Below, one piece after another: positions 36,533-50,177 of a stretch of 64,000 nt of DNA. The number at the start of each line of letters is the position of its first letter. The stretch's first letter is position 1. Location of the stretch: positions 129,890,001 through 129,954,000 of the forward strand of contig OZ024740.1 of the NCBI GenBank assembly GCA_964016885.1, in the 5' to 3' direction. This DNA comes from Eledone cirrhosa (Eukaryota). A program made the position numbers and the translations under genes. Below the pieces are notes generated by a model, which was not told the origin of the DNA, did no database searches, and saw nothing but the letters and a program-made list of their open reading frames with translations.

Positions 36533-38879
36533 AGTATGTTTTTGTTTGTCAGCTACGTATTGCATTTGTGAAAACCTTTGAATTTAATCACATTTCAATT
36601 CAATAATACTTTTTAAATATTTATTGGTACTTTCAAGTATTCTTCTAGTTGTACGGCAAGATCAAGTATTTACTAATTAATTTAATCGGAATTCTAATAA
36701 ATATCATTTCGGAGAGATCTGCAATTATAAAATAATCAAATAAGGAAAAATACGAATTACTCCCGAAGTATGTAACTATATTTTCCCTAAAAGTAATATA
36801 AACCATGTATTAAAGAAATCTAGAAAGGTATAATTCGTTATACCTAATCCTTTGTATCCGTTTGGAAAAAAAACCAAAAAAAACATTTGAACTTATTTGC
36901 GCTTATTTAGCATATTAGTTGTAGGTTTTGTTAATGTGAATATCTCTATGTTTTACGAGGGATTGTGTAAAATATGTCATTATCATATATACGTTATGAA
37001 ACAATTGCTTGATTTCGGGCACCATTAATTTATGAAACGTTTGTTATCACTTTGATCTAGATTTGCCACGAGAAAATAGTTTAGAATATATTTCAAGCGC
37101 ATTAGAAGGGTGCCGGGCTTTGTGTTACCTTTTTATCAGAAGTGGATTCCTGATCTTGTCATAAATTTGTAAAAGATAAAACAGAAATATTTCATAATTT
37201 ACTAGAAAGAAATATAAAGCAAAACATAATTTGTATTCTAAAAAATATTAACTAATATGTACTCCAGGATTTTTAACTTTTCCCATAAATACATACTCTA
37301 ATTATATATTTTTCTATCTAATGTTCATATTTTATATCATAACGAAATGTTATGCTATATCCGATATTAATGTTATGTCGATCGTATTATATTTGAGTGG
37401 AATCTGTAAATATGTGACCATTATTTTAATTACGTTTAGAAGCTGAGGATTTTTTAGGGATAAGAAGTACATCTAATCAATTATATCTCATAGCATAACC
37501 ATTAGGAGTGGATGAATATTAATACAGATTTATTTTAATAGCATAACTTTCAGAATGTCAAATGAAGTTTAATATTTTCTCTTTAAACATACTGTTTGAA
37601 AATGATGATAGATTTTATTGCTTTGTGGGATGTTGATGACATAAACAGTCATGGCATCGTGGTGAATACTTTCATCTAACACTCATCTATATCACACCAA
37701 GTGTGTTCAATTTACTATGCGAAAAATAGGTGTTTTATGCTATAGCTTTCATTCGATTTCATACATATAAGATGTATTTTACAATCGGAATCTCTGCAAA
37801 CTCACACATATTTAATCACAATGAATTATAGGAAAATAAAGCTATTAAAGTTATTTTCCGCATGCAGTGGCAAGGACGTGTAAATGTATAAACAAAATAG
37901 AAGTTATATTGTAACTGGTGTAGATCACGAGAAATAATTGGTACGATGTTTATGAAAGTGACCGATGAAATAGTCATAGTAGGGACTCAACACTACCTAA
38001 TAGTTAATCGGTCACTCACCTCTCTAGCTAACAGAGATGTTATTATTATTCATTCTATGTTATAATTGTAGAACCCTGTTAATTTATCATCGTATCCAGC
38101 TATTTAAGTTACGCATTGGACTTTAAAATAATAGTTAAATTGCTTTCACGTAAGTACTGGAAATGATAATCTTATAGCCATTATTTCTTTAGATCACATT
38201 CCATTTTTTTATGCCCTAAGAGATAATTGTTATTTTCATGTAATTGGTTGAATCTATCTAAGAAATCATCATATAAACATAACTATGTATTATCTTCGTA
38301 TCATTGACGGCGATATAATCTGTATTTAGAGCACAATGATGTGTTACTGTATAAAGCAAACGCCATACATAACATCTTGATATTTCGCTTTGTAAGTTAA
38401 GGCCGGTTATATTCTTTGCTGGTTATTCTTGTTCGTTACGTTTACTCTGCACACATCTAAATATATATTGGTACGATCACTTTCATAAATGAATACACTA
38501 CCTAAAATTTCACGTGATCTTAAAAATTGTATTAATTATTTATGCTCTGCCGGTTTTGCTGTCATCAACTACCAGTATCTTAAACCTTTTAAGTACACAT
38601 TTGACTCGGATTATGTGTGTGTGTGTGTGCGTGAGTGTGTGTATGGTTCTAGGTCATTTCACTCCTGGTAATTACACTCCCGGTATTTTGATTGCCAGTA
38701 GCCTCGTCTACTTTATCTACCAGCTCCCTCTCCTTCTATTGTTCCTTAACGCTTCTTCTTTGCTAAATAATGATCTGAATAGGCGACCTTTTTTTAAAAC
38801 GAGGACAGCTTACACTATTTCTATCTATTTTCCTGATGAATATGCTGTCTATATACGGTCTAGATGACGCTATGCGTCC

Positions 38880-41750
38880 ACACTGGTGCATTAGGGAAAT
38901 CTAGTCGGTACAACTAGATTTTGCACTCCGCGCTCCTATCGGAGACACCCACACAATCCCAGCATGCGTCAAAGATGCCGTTCCACTCCCCCGTAAGTAA
39001 AGAGCGAGACGTACCCAGAAAGGTTTTGAGGCGTCTCAAGATATCCGGCAGTCCTGCGCCGGTAAGGGCGGAGACAGCCACCAGGCTAAAGGCACCACCT
39101 TGCTATTGTTTACGTCCAGCACCACCAACTTACCGTCCGGGTCCAGGAAGATCGACATTACCTCGAGCTTCCCGGCCGACTAACATATTCGAAATCTCAT
39201 AGTCTTCGAAAATGGGCGCTAGTGCGTGCGTGTCGGAAATTCTGGTCTCCCTGACGGCAATTACATCCATTTCTAGAGAACTGAGCTCATTGAGCAGGTG
39301 ACCCTACTTCCAGGGTGACGCCTGGTTTCGAATATTTAAACATCCTACAATTAATATGGCTATGTTGGCATGCTAAAAGAGAGAAGAAATGTTTACCTAC
39401 CTCCCGGGCTCTTGTGAAGGTCGGGTGTTTCGACCTCCATAGTTGGAGGAGTTTCTTTTAGGAACCCCTTTAAAAGTTTGGATGAGGATTCAACGTTGGG
39501 GATTCCCACGTCCCGAGGAAAGCTGCCTCGAATCCCTTTGTAGAAATCAAGCGACATTCGCACCAGAAACAAATCTTCCGGCACGCGAAATGAGCTTCAT
39601 TGAAACCGCCGCCCTCTGTTTGTATTTCTTTACTCCGTGTTACGAGAGCCATCAATTCCTCGTCGACCTTTCTGACGAGCACGAAGTCTTGTATGTTTTG
39701 TTGGTGCGCTTTTATTTGTTTGTGTGACTGTGGTGAGGATGGTTTTGTTGGTATAGTTTCGGTTGTGTCGATATTTGTTGTGAATGCGGTGTCTGTGATT
39801 TCAGATGTTTGTGTGTGAATTTCTTCTTGCGTCTGTAATAGAGTTTGGGGGATTCTGGTGATGGTGATGGTGTTTGTGCTGTTGATGTTGGTGTTGTTGT
39901 GGAGATATTTCCGTGGTTGGTGTCTGCATTTTTTATTGTATGTATTTTTGTGCTTTGTGGAGTTTTTTCTTTCTGTGTTTTCTTATTTGTATTTTTGGGT
40001 ATTTTGGTTTTTTCTCATCTTCACTACTGTAAATTGAGGGATCAGTGTCTGTAAGTGTGTCTGTGCGTGTGTTTGTTTTTATGAATGTGTGTATTTTGGG
40101 GGAGGGAAAATTTAACAACTTTCTTTGTTACCACGCTGGGTGGTTAATGTTGGTGGTGGTGCTTCTATTGGTGTTGATGCTGGTGGTTCTTGCCCCGGCG
40201 TCGGCAGCAGTGGTACCCTTCGTATTTTTTCAGCAGGTGAGGGAAGAAGACTCGCAAATGGGTTTTTTCCCCGCAAACGAAACAATGCGACCTTTTCATG
40301 ATCTGTATTACCGTTCTGTTCTGAAGACGGACGTGATACATGATTGTTTTTATATCCTCCGGCTTTATCTGGAGATGTAACTCCAGGTCAACCCCGGTCC
40401 AGTCCTCTCTAGCAGTCCTTGTAACCTTTATCGGGATGGTATCCATCCCCTCCACAATCACACATTCCAGGAGCCACCACATATCTAGAGCTGCTGGGAT
40501 CCTGGGAACGAGCTTTTATTTTTCCCATGTGGGAGGGGTACATTATGACCTTGCTGGTTTTGCAAGGGGTCATTGCATGTTTCATAGCGTAGGCTTCTGA
40601 CTTATACTGTATAGAAATTGTACAACATTTTCTGCCCCTCGCTATGTATTCGGTGTCATCCCTGATGCATTTCAACACGGCTTCGACATCTCCCTGTGCA
40701 ATTAAAGCTGTTCTCTTTGTTTCTTCTGAGATGCATCTATAATGCCCTGTTCTGCGCTCCACTGCTTCAGCAGCTTCTACCGGGACTCTTAAGATGGCCC
40801 AGGTTTGCTCTTGCTTCATGAGCTTCCAGTCCTGGGCCAACTTTTCATCTTTATTCGAGATGTCCATACTGAAGCAAGGCCATCTTTTTGGCTGTTTCCG
40901 CAGTGAAAGTGTTTTCTTGTTTTTATTGGTGGTCTTGGTGTTGTCGTTGTTGTTGTTGTTGTCGTTGTTCTTGTTAATGTTGTCACTGTTATCACTGTTG
41001 CAGTTGGTTATAACTTTTGGCCGCTGTTGTTGCTCTCGGTACAGTTGGTATTTTTGTACTTGGTGTTGTAGCTGTCTATGTTCTTCTTAGTGGTGTTAAT
41101 TTCATTGTTATGTTTGTTGTCATTATTTATGTGGATTGGCAGTATCGGTAGAGGGTCGGGCGCCATGCTTTGTAGCAAAGAGTTACGACCCTTTATGGTC
41201 TGAGTTCAAATCCCGCCGAGGTTAACTTTGCCTTTCATCCTTACGGGGTCGATAAAATAAAGTACCAGTAATACACTGGGATAATTGCTGGCCTTGTACC
41301 TAAAGTAGAAACAATTATTCATGTTGTCTGTGGATTGCCACTATCGGTAGATGGTCGGACACCATGCTTTGTAGCATAGAGTTACATCCCTTTATGGTTT
41401 GAATTCAAATCCCGCCAAGGTTACCTTTGCCTTTCATCCATACGTGGTCGATAAAATAAAGTACCAGTAATGCACTGGGATAATTTTCGGCCTTGTTCCA
41501 AAAGTAGAAACAATTATTTATGCTGTCTGTTTTGGTTGTCACTGTTATTGCTGTGGTTGGTGTTGTTATTTTTCTCAATATCGGTGTTGCTGCTGCAGCT
41601 GTTCATGTTATTTGTGGTGGTGCTGCTGCTAAGTGTATGTGTACTGTAAACCAATGTGTTTGCCACTTCCCTCCTCTCAACGTTTAGGTCGCTGATACAC
41701 GACATCAGACATAAAGTTGGGTTGGGGTGGGCGAGGTTCAGCCATGATTT
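38880..41750 (-). mobile_element. Tx1/L1-like element 5' portion: low-complexity region + ORF1 remnant + start of APE endonuclease
   Basis: ORF1 traces 'EYIARGRKCCTISIQY', 'CFVCGEKTHL'. ORF2 start 'ILIVGCLNIR...LLNELSSLEMDVIAVRETRIS' (39355-39235) and 'FSLVAV...LRRLKTFLGTSRSLLTGEWN'. Interrupted by a SINE pair. Confidence 0.78.
41130..41518 (+). mobile_element. Two SINE copies in tandem (41130-41318 and 41329-41518)
   Basis: Both start 'gtggattg' and end 'gtagaaacaattatt'; each is followed by a similar 'atg(t/c)tgtctgt' sequence. Confidence 0.9.
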
Positions 41751-41965
41751 TCTTTTCGAGAATTTTTTTTAAAAGTTCAACTACAAAAAGTTCAAGTATT
41801 TCGCCCAAATAGCGAAATATAATTCCAGTCACCGCTTCACAGGGCAAATACGGAAATCTTACGACCCTTTTCTAAGAATGCAACAATTATTATAAATCAA
41901 ACAGAACATTTACCCTCACTTTTGCGTTGCACCAAAAACACGTCTTCGCTGTCTGAAAGCCAATA

Positions 41966-42062
41966 ATAATTGTTTCTAATATTGGCACAATGCCAGCAAT
42001 TAACCCGGTATATTACTGGTACTTTATTTTATCGACCCCGTAAGGATGAAAATCAAAGTTAA
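41966..42062 (-). mobile_element. SINE 3' half
   Basis: Reverse complement of the central domain and tail. Confidence 0.8.
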
Positions 42063-42484
42063 AGCGAATAATAACAATAATATTAATGATGATTTTCAAC
42101 GTTTTATTATTTTCTGATAGCGGGAGTGAAGTGAACTGGCAGTCAAATTAACAGGGGTTTCTGTGTATGTGCTTGGTTTGTGTAGATTTGTGTCTGTGTA
42201 GAATAAAATCAACACCAGGACGCCTGGAAATAACATTTTGAAACATTACTCTTAGCGAAACCAATTGGTACAAGACTAAAGGGATATTCATGAATATTTC
42301 CGAAAACCAACATATTTGGAAGAAAAAAATACATTGTATTGTGAATTTCCTCATTTAATTGTGTTGTCTACTGTAAATATGCATATATACATAAAACACA
42401 ATATTCATCTTCATCTTTAAATGTTTCATTAGTACTTCCGACACATAAATACATACGCATATGCACACCAAGACACGCAGACGG

Positions 42485-42493
42485 AAACACACG

Positions 42494-42542
<49 letters not shown>

Positions 42543-42625
42543 ACACACACACACACACACGCACACACACACACATACATACCCCCCCCACCGCACACAC
42601 ACAAACACACACACACACACGCACA
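42485..42625. repeat. (CA)n microsatellite
   Basis: Direct reading. Confidence 0.97.
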
Positions 42626-43044
42626 TGTATATATTTTCCTATTCTATAAATTGGTATTCCCGACCAAATATATCAATTAACATTATATCGCTGGGTAATA
42701 CATTCCAACATTTTAAATATTATAGACATAATACGTGATATGAGACCTCTTTGATGGCTTATTCACCACTGGGAAAACATATATAAGAGATAAAATTCAA
42801 TATCACCTTAAATATTTTCAATTTTCGAAAAGTGTGAATAATTCATGATGCCGAGTCTTAATATACTTGCGAGCAACACATTTCTGATTGTAATATATTC
42901 CTGCACGAAACTACTCATTGCTTATAATATAGTACGTGGTGATGTGGGAAATATTTGGTAATTTAATGTTCTTAGTAAGTACAAATCTAGACAAACATAT
43001 AAGTAAGTTCATCATCATGAGTACACCTACCAGATTATGTACAA

Positions 43045-43103
<59 letters not shown>

Positions 43104-43574
43104 TGTTTGTGTGTGTGTGTGTATGTGTGTCTGTGTGTGTGTGTGTGTATATGTCTGTGTGTGTGTGTTTGTTTATACATACTCTCGGTCTCGGGTCTTA
43201 TTCACCTACTTATTAGAATTTGTTAATCTAACACCCGCGAAATATTAATTTAAGTGGTATCATTCCTGCGAAAATTAATTTTCATTATACATTAAAAAAG
43301 CATTATGCATGACAAAAATGTACATTAATATAAAATACCGATATTATAAAATGAATAGGATTTGTTGTCATCTCAATATGTAGACTGAATGACTAATTCT
43401 TGTTTCAAAATATAAAAATTAACGGAGACAAGCGAGAAAAATTATCGATTCTTCACCCAGTGGCATTTCCTATTTCCCCAACTATTTCAACTCCTCCCCT
43501 TATTCCAACACCCCACTTAATCCACCTCCATATTATTCAGGACGCAGGCGTACGTATAATATATACATAGATAT

Positions 43575-43632
43575 ACTCTTTTACTCTTTTACCTGTTTTA
43601 GCCATCCGGCTGAGGCCATGCTGGGGCACCTT
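43575..43632. mobile_element. Fragment of a common octopus-type interspersed repeat/SINE
   Basis: 'tactcttttacctgttttagccatccggctgaggccatgctggggcacc' resembles a repeat I recall from Octopus genomes; not verified. Confidence 0.4.
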
Positions 43633-43659
43633 CCTGTATATTTGAACAAATATACAATA

Positions 43660-44150
43660 AGTGTATATTTCATATTTGTTGAACAGTACTGCCGCAGTCT
43701 ATAGCAAACTTAGTAGCACGAGAGAGTGGAACAATGATTTATACAAATGTAAGTATTTGACTTTTGACGTGACAAATGCAATTGTATGTAACTTATTCTC
43801 TATGTATTTGAGGAATTCATTCGGCAGACGGATTGGTTTTTCTTTTCTGGAATTTCTATGTTTAACGTCGAGGAAAATGAGGTGCATGCCATTAGAGTAT
43901 ACATTGCTGCATTCAGACAAGATTATAATCGTTAAATAGTGTGGCATAGAGTCGAAACATTTGGTATTATTAAAACTTAAATCAAGCATGATGTGTACAA
44001 ATATTATGGAATGTACTCCATATTGTACATATATCTTAGCACCGGCGGCGGCGTTGATGTAATTACCTTTTTTCAGAATTTAGATCAAATATATTTCCCG
44101 AATTGCTTTTGATAACTGTATTCAATGCATCATTCAGCTTATAAATGGCA
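43660..44150 (-). pseudogene. Possible CR1/L2-like RT C-terminal remnant
   Basis: Traces 'AKIY', 'IMLDLSFN', 'LHLYKSLFHS' in the expected order; very decayed. Confidence 0.3.
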
Positions 44151-44952
44151 ATTTTATAGAAGCACTTTTAAACTACACTGAGCAAATCAATTTGAAAACC
44201 AAATAGAATGCGTGTCGTTGATGAATTACTGTGAGCGAAATAATATAGCCATTCGTGTGCCCCTGGGAGTTCGTCAGGTTCTTAGACAGTTTGATGTCGG
44301 ACATTTTCCATTTGTGAATGAACTCTTTTCTGTTCATTGTTGAGTATCTTGTCGAAACCAAATTTCAAATTTATTGGAAGTGAATATCAGTTTTAATCTA
44401 TTCATTGTTCAACTGTTTCTAAGATCATTTTTATTTTCTATCAGCCCTGCCTCACGCTTAACATATGTTTCCCTCGCACCACTTTACCTGACAGCTGCTC
44501 GGGAACTCTATTTTACATGGAACAGAAAATAACATTAAACATTTCGATAGAGAATGGGTTTTTCTATATGCAAAGTAACACATTGCTGGAGATTTTCTAT
44601 GGTCATACTTTAGATTTATGTTAAAACAGTAAATATTATCGAGGGACATTTATCGTATGCACGAAACATCACGCAGGAAATTGTACGCACGAAATATGCG
44701 CTGATGTCCCTAGTCGAATAAGCAACATTAGTTACAACAGTCGTTTTCAGTATTTCTGAACGAAGTCCATCTAAAATGCCGTCTCATCAAATATTATTTC
44801 GGAAGAACTTCTCATTACTGAAAAAGGAATGAGTACTCTTAAACGTTACTTCACATAAAGTCTCAATAAAATAAGTAATCCTGATTGATTTTATACCTTT
44901 ACTTACAATGCCTTATGACATTAATATGGATATCCTTTTCAGTATATTTAAT

Positions 44953-46145
44953 AATATTAGGATGGACAGAAAGATAACCCTGTTTTTCAAATTTTTATCG
45001 ACGTTGGCGTTTTTCAACATAAGGAAAATATACAATAATTTGCGATTACTGTCTGCCACCATTTAGAAAGGCATATAATTCCATCCAGTAAAATTGTCCT
45101 AGCTTCGATGCAAAGAATTCCACCAATCACTGATTTACCTGTTCTTCTTTGGCTGGGGCCTTTGACTGCATTGCATTGCTCATTGACAGAAACAGCTGAT
45201 AGTCTGTAAACGAGCAAATACGGGACGTGGGGTAGCTATTCCCAAACTAGCCCCAGCAGCTATTCACAGGTCATGCTTGATATATGGGGCCGAGCGTTAT
45301 CAATATAAAATCGTAAGAGACCATGGTATGGGTACCCCTTTGCCATTTTCACTATTAATCTGTCACGTTGTTCGCAATAGGCGTCAGAGGGTATGGGGAG
45401 CAGAATATAGTTGTTGACACCTTTCCAGACTCACCAGAAGCGCTATAGGCCCTTGCAGGTGTAGATGCATGTATTTGCTTTGTGTCGCGGTGCACTACGA
45501 TCACGTACACTTGGCATTAATGTAGATTGTCCATTTTCAATACCAATGAAAATGGAATGTGGCCAATTTGTTTTGTTTTGGAATGGTAGGAGAGCAAAGA
45601 AGTCGCACGCAGTATGTCATTCACGATTACGCTCAGTCAGATTGCGGGGCACCCATCGGGTAGTTTGCCCCCCCCCCCTTCCCTATTACTTGTAAATAAC
45701 TAAGAATGGTTGTTTTGGAAGAACTTAGAATTGATGGGATGTTTGAGATGGGTCAGCTTCCAGCAACCTACACAGTGGCACGTCATTGAAATCGGATAGA
45801 TGTCTTGCCTGAGGTTGATCTTCAAGTCTGTAATCACTGGAACAGAAGCATGCGAACAATTTCTTGACACTGCGTGCAGTCAAGGTGTGTAACGAAAATG
45901 ATTTGTTAATGCGACGACTCGATACTGCTGCGGTTTGCTGAGATTTGAAGACAAAGAAAAAGCCACGAATCAACGTTTTGGATATATACATCTTGTTTTC
46001 ACTTTTAACAGCGGTACAGAGAATGACCAATTCATATAGTGCATATCAAAGTCACTTCTTTTGAATGTGAGCACGCGCAACTTTTAACATTTCTAGATAA
46101 CTCTACCAAAATAAAAATGACGGAAACTTTCTCTCCAATCGAATA
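44953..46145 (-). mobile_element. Decayed mariner transposon with degenerate TIRs
   Basis: Minus strand: 'RRINKSF..RSVKKLFACFCSSDYRLEDQ..LLEADPSQT', 'WVPRNLTE', 'WKGVNNYILLP', 'IDNARPH', 'WE*LPHVPY', 'DGIICLSKWWQTVI'. Ends 'tattaggatggacagaaag' and reverse complement 'tattcgattggagagaaag'; ~1.2 kb. Confidence 0.82.
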
Positions 46146-46227
46146 TTTTCAAGCTGTAAACTTTTTTATAGATAATATTCTCATAATACGAAAACAAATT
46201 ATGAATACCTCATGGTTGCATGACTAA

Positions 46228-46417
46228 TAATTGTTTCTACTTTTGGCACAAGTCCAGCAATTACCCAGTTCATTACTGGTACTTTATTTTATCGACCCGG
46301 TAAGGATGATAAGAAATGTTAACCTCGACGGGATTTGAACTCAGACCGTAAAGGGGCGTAACTATACTAGAAATCATGGCATCCGACCCTCTACCGGTAC
46401 TGCCAATTCACCGCCCT
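46228..46417 (-). mobile_element. tRNA-derived SINE, full length
   Basis: Collinear with 6936-7123. Confidence 0.88.
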
Positions 46418-46459
46418 GACTAATAATAAGATAGAGATAGAAGTATTAATAAACTGTTT

Positions 46460-47020
46460 TTCCAGTCTGATATATTGATAAACGCAAACATGACTATGGT
46501 TGTTCAAATAAAAAAAGCTGTCTAAACAGTAGAATCGTCCATCCTTACCTTTCACAAAAAAGGTGAAGCTCATATCATCAGCAACAAAAGTCACAGCTAC
46601 CATTTTATGGCTACGCAAAGAATGTTATTGGTGGATTATCTCCAAAAGTGTCACCTCCTAACCGAACAATACTACGACAAATTACATAAAAGTCTGAGCG
46701 AGAACAACAAGATAAGCTGGGGATGGCTGACGAAAGGGTGCTCACTTCTATCATGACAATGATCCTACACACACGTAGTACATGGCAATCGCAACAATCC
46801 GTAACTCCTACCTCGTCCATCATATATGCCAGACCTCGCAGCCCACGTCTTCCACATCTTCCCGAACATGAGAATGGATATGGCCGGAAAAAAAAATTCA
46901 CATCGGATGTTACTTGGAGGAACAAATTATGAAGTTCTACTTTAGAGGGATCCAGTCACTGTAGAAACGGAGGAAGGCGTGTGTGGTCTCAAAGTATGAT
47001 CATGTTGAATAATAAATAAT
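46460..47020 (+). pseudogene. 3' half of a second, different mariner transposase
   Basis: 'SSATKVTATILW', 'MLLVDYLQK', 'FYHDNDPTHT', 'YMPDLA.HVFHIFPNM', 'FYFRGIQSL', 'DHVE**'. Confidence 0.8.
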
Positions 47021-47827
47021 GAATCATATTTCTGTATGCTACCATATATATATATATATATATATATATACATGCGCACACATATATATACATGTTTGTA
47101 TGTGGGCGTGTATATAATGAAATAAGTAATGGAATTTTTGTTAAGAATATTTCTTTGTTTGGTATATACCTATATGAATATACATTTCATATATTTTAAT
47201 TAAAATTCAATACTGATGATGGAACAAATCAAAATATCAATCAACATGTCCTACCTGACACGCCTAGCTGCATAGAAATCCATAAATCAGATAATTAAAC
47301 TATTCAAATATATATGTAATATGATGTACCAACACATACTCACATACAAATATCCGCGCATTTAATCAACAACACGTTTTGACAAAGAATATAAATTTAG
47401 AAACTAACACAACATATACATATATATTTAATAATATCATCAACTTGTAATTAGTAGTACATTAATTGAACCAGATCTTGCCAGGATAAAATGCAAATAC
47501 ATTGATCGCGTATGTTTGATCATTCTGCATGTCATCTTAATTGTGTGTCCTGTATCATTGTCACATATATCCTATGTATATCACGGATTAACGATTCAGT
47601 AACCAGTAACTCTTTGGAACCGAATCGAACTGCGTGTAACTACAAACCATAAGGGGAGCATATCACGAAAGATCCCAATAAAACTTTCGATGAAAATATA
47701 CGTGTAAATGTCATATAACAAATAAAAGATCCTTAACACTGACGCTGGTTGGGTTTGCACAGACATAGGAATATACATACATACACACGCATATACGCAC
47801 CCACGCACGCACACACATACACACACA

Positions 47828-47869
<42 letters not shown>

Positions 47870-47931
47870 TTATTCCGGGTTGAATCTGGGGTAACCACAG
47901 TAAGTAAGGTACACAATATTTAGCAGAGTAT

Positions 47932-48062
47932 AAATGTTTTAATATAGAAGAGCTTCTACAGGACTAGAAGTGTTTCATTCGTGAGAGGTCACCAGGAGCT
48001 GATGATTTCTCACGAATGAAACACTTCTGGTCCTATAGAAGCTCTTCTATATTAAAATATAT
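47932..48062. repeat. Short foldback (~60-bp arms) with a hammerhead-like core
   Basis: Arms 'ttttaatatagaagagcttcta..' and '..tagaagctcttctatattaaaa'; 'accaggag CTGATGA tttctcacgaat GAAAC a cttctggt' at 47991-48031 (no clear stem III). Confidence 0.6.
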
Positions 48063-48948
48063 ATGGTGCTCTTGCATAAAACATTTTGCAAATAAAAAGC
48101 CAATTGATGTACCATAAGATAAGGCAGCAGAATAGTTCTGTATACTTCTGGAATATAATAAAATATGTATATTTGAACGCTAGGAATATTTTCCGCATCC
48201 CCATTGTGTTTATTACGAGATAGAAAGGGGATAGGATACAATTGCTAATCTTCCGTTTTTTCTTCTAGCAATTTTATGTTCAGGTGAGTATGAGATCTTT
48301 TTGGCGGAAAGGACATGAGCATTGTCGCGAAAAGACGCACGTAAGTAAGGGATGGTAGTTCTTAGTGGGTTCCAAATATAGGAGCCCAACATATCGAATT
48401 TGAGAATTTGGGGAATTAAATAATACAGAATATGACAAGATCTGAGACAAAAACAGCATTTCATTTAGAAGGGTAAATTCTATATTTTAGGTGGTAATAT
48501 CGTCTATACTTGGGTGTATCTTTCAAAGTCACAGGCCAAAATGGTGTACGCTTGACAATATATTCAGTATTTTGTAGATACATCTTCCAATTTCTCCTGT
48601 TAGAATGAGTTTGAGCATTTTCAAAGAGTAATCAATCTTGGAAAGATCCATTTTAGTTGTTTAAGGATCTTATTCTGTAGAGATATCTGGATATATAGAG
48701 TGGTCAATAGTAAAGTGGGTAGCTAAACTAACACAGCTTGAGAGAGCGAAGAATCTAGAAAACCGTGTAATAGCTTAGAGCTGAAAGTATATATATAGAG
48801 AGATATGAGTGTGTGTATATGTAAGTTTGTGTAAATGTGTATGTGAGTGTGTGTGTGATGTGATTGCAGGTAATGTGTGTGTATATATATATTTATATAT
48901 GCATATATACACACACACACACACACGCACACACACACACACACACAT

Positions 48949-49038
<90 letters not shown>

Positions 49039-49089
49039 CTATATATAAATATATATATATATATATTTATATATACATATGTGTGTGTG

Positions 49090-49121
<32 letters not shown>

Positions 49122-49137
49122 AACACATATATATATA

Positions 49138-49186
<49 letters not shown>

Positions 49187-49191
<5 letters not shown>

Positions 49192-50030
49192 TAGTCCTTC
49201 ATCAGTGATCTTCCAACCATCATTGGTATTTCATCGCTTTAAAGACCATATACCTCCGGTTGGTGCGAGCAACGGCTACACGGCTACAAATAGTCGTTGG
49301 GACACGTAAATAAAGGGGTCACGAGTGTAAATAAGCAAAGATGGTGAAGCAACTCGTCTACGATTTCACAGCACGTTTATTCTCATATTTACACATATTT
49401 TTTTCCCCGCCGTAACCCGTCTATTTCGTTCTTCCTGCTTTCTCTTTCTCTGTATCTTTACCCTCTCTAGCAGTCACTCTCTCTGTTAGCCTCTTCCTCG
49501 CCCTTCACTCACTCATTCTCTGTTACTACCTCTCCTCCTCCTTCTTCCCGTTTGACCTGTGCGTAATTATTTTCTTTTCTTTCGCACCCTTGGTCTGGCA
49601 GGTCGCTTTTTTTCTCTCTCTCGTCTACGATTTCACAGAACTTAGGTTCACCGAATTCACACACTAGATCCCTTCTTCCTCCCGTTAGACCTGTACGGAA
49701 TTCCTTCCTTGCTCACATTCCAACCAGGTTTGATGGTCTTTATTCTCTCTCGTTCACGATTTCACCGAATTTAAATTCATAGAAATTTGGGACTTGACTC
49801 CTTCTTCCTCATGTTTCGTTGCTTCAGCATCTTTGTTTATTTACACTCGTGTCCCCTTTATTTACGTGTCCCAACGACTTTTTTTAGCCGTTGCTCTCAC
49901 CAACCGGAGGTATATGGTCTTTAAAGCGATGAAATACCAATGATGGTTGGAAGATCACTGATGAAGGACTAACTTTATTCATATGTAACCCATTAGCAAC
50001 CCCGCGGCACGTTTATTCTCATATTTAAAT
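49187..50030. mobile_element. Foldback/pLTR-like element between (TA)n tracts with internal tandem repeats
   Basis: 49187-49353 is the reverse complement of ~49818-49977 (CTGATGA at 49958). Internal 'ctcgtctacgatttcac' occurs about three times. Direct repeat 'gcacgtttattctcatattt' at 49371 and 50007. Confidence 0.72.
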
Positions 50031-50049
50031 ATATATATATATATTTGTA

Positions 50050-50142
<93 letters not shown>

Positions 50143-50177
50143 GTGTGTATATATATATGTATATGTATATATATATA

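Noticed and set aside
44173-44361. 'KLSKNLTNSQGHTNG' resembling the PIF1/Helitron 'RNL...GL.NG' motif
   Set aside because: No other helicase motifs nearby; likely chance.
45014-45217. 'KGPSQRRTGKSVIG' looked like a P-loop of an SF1 helicase
   Set aside because: It lies within a frameshifted mariner transposase; the same ORF ends in the mariner C-terminal 'DGI..L..WQ.VI' motif.
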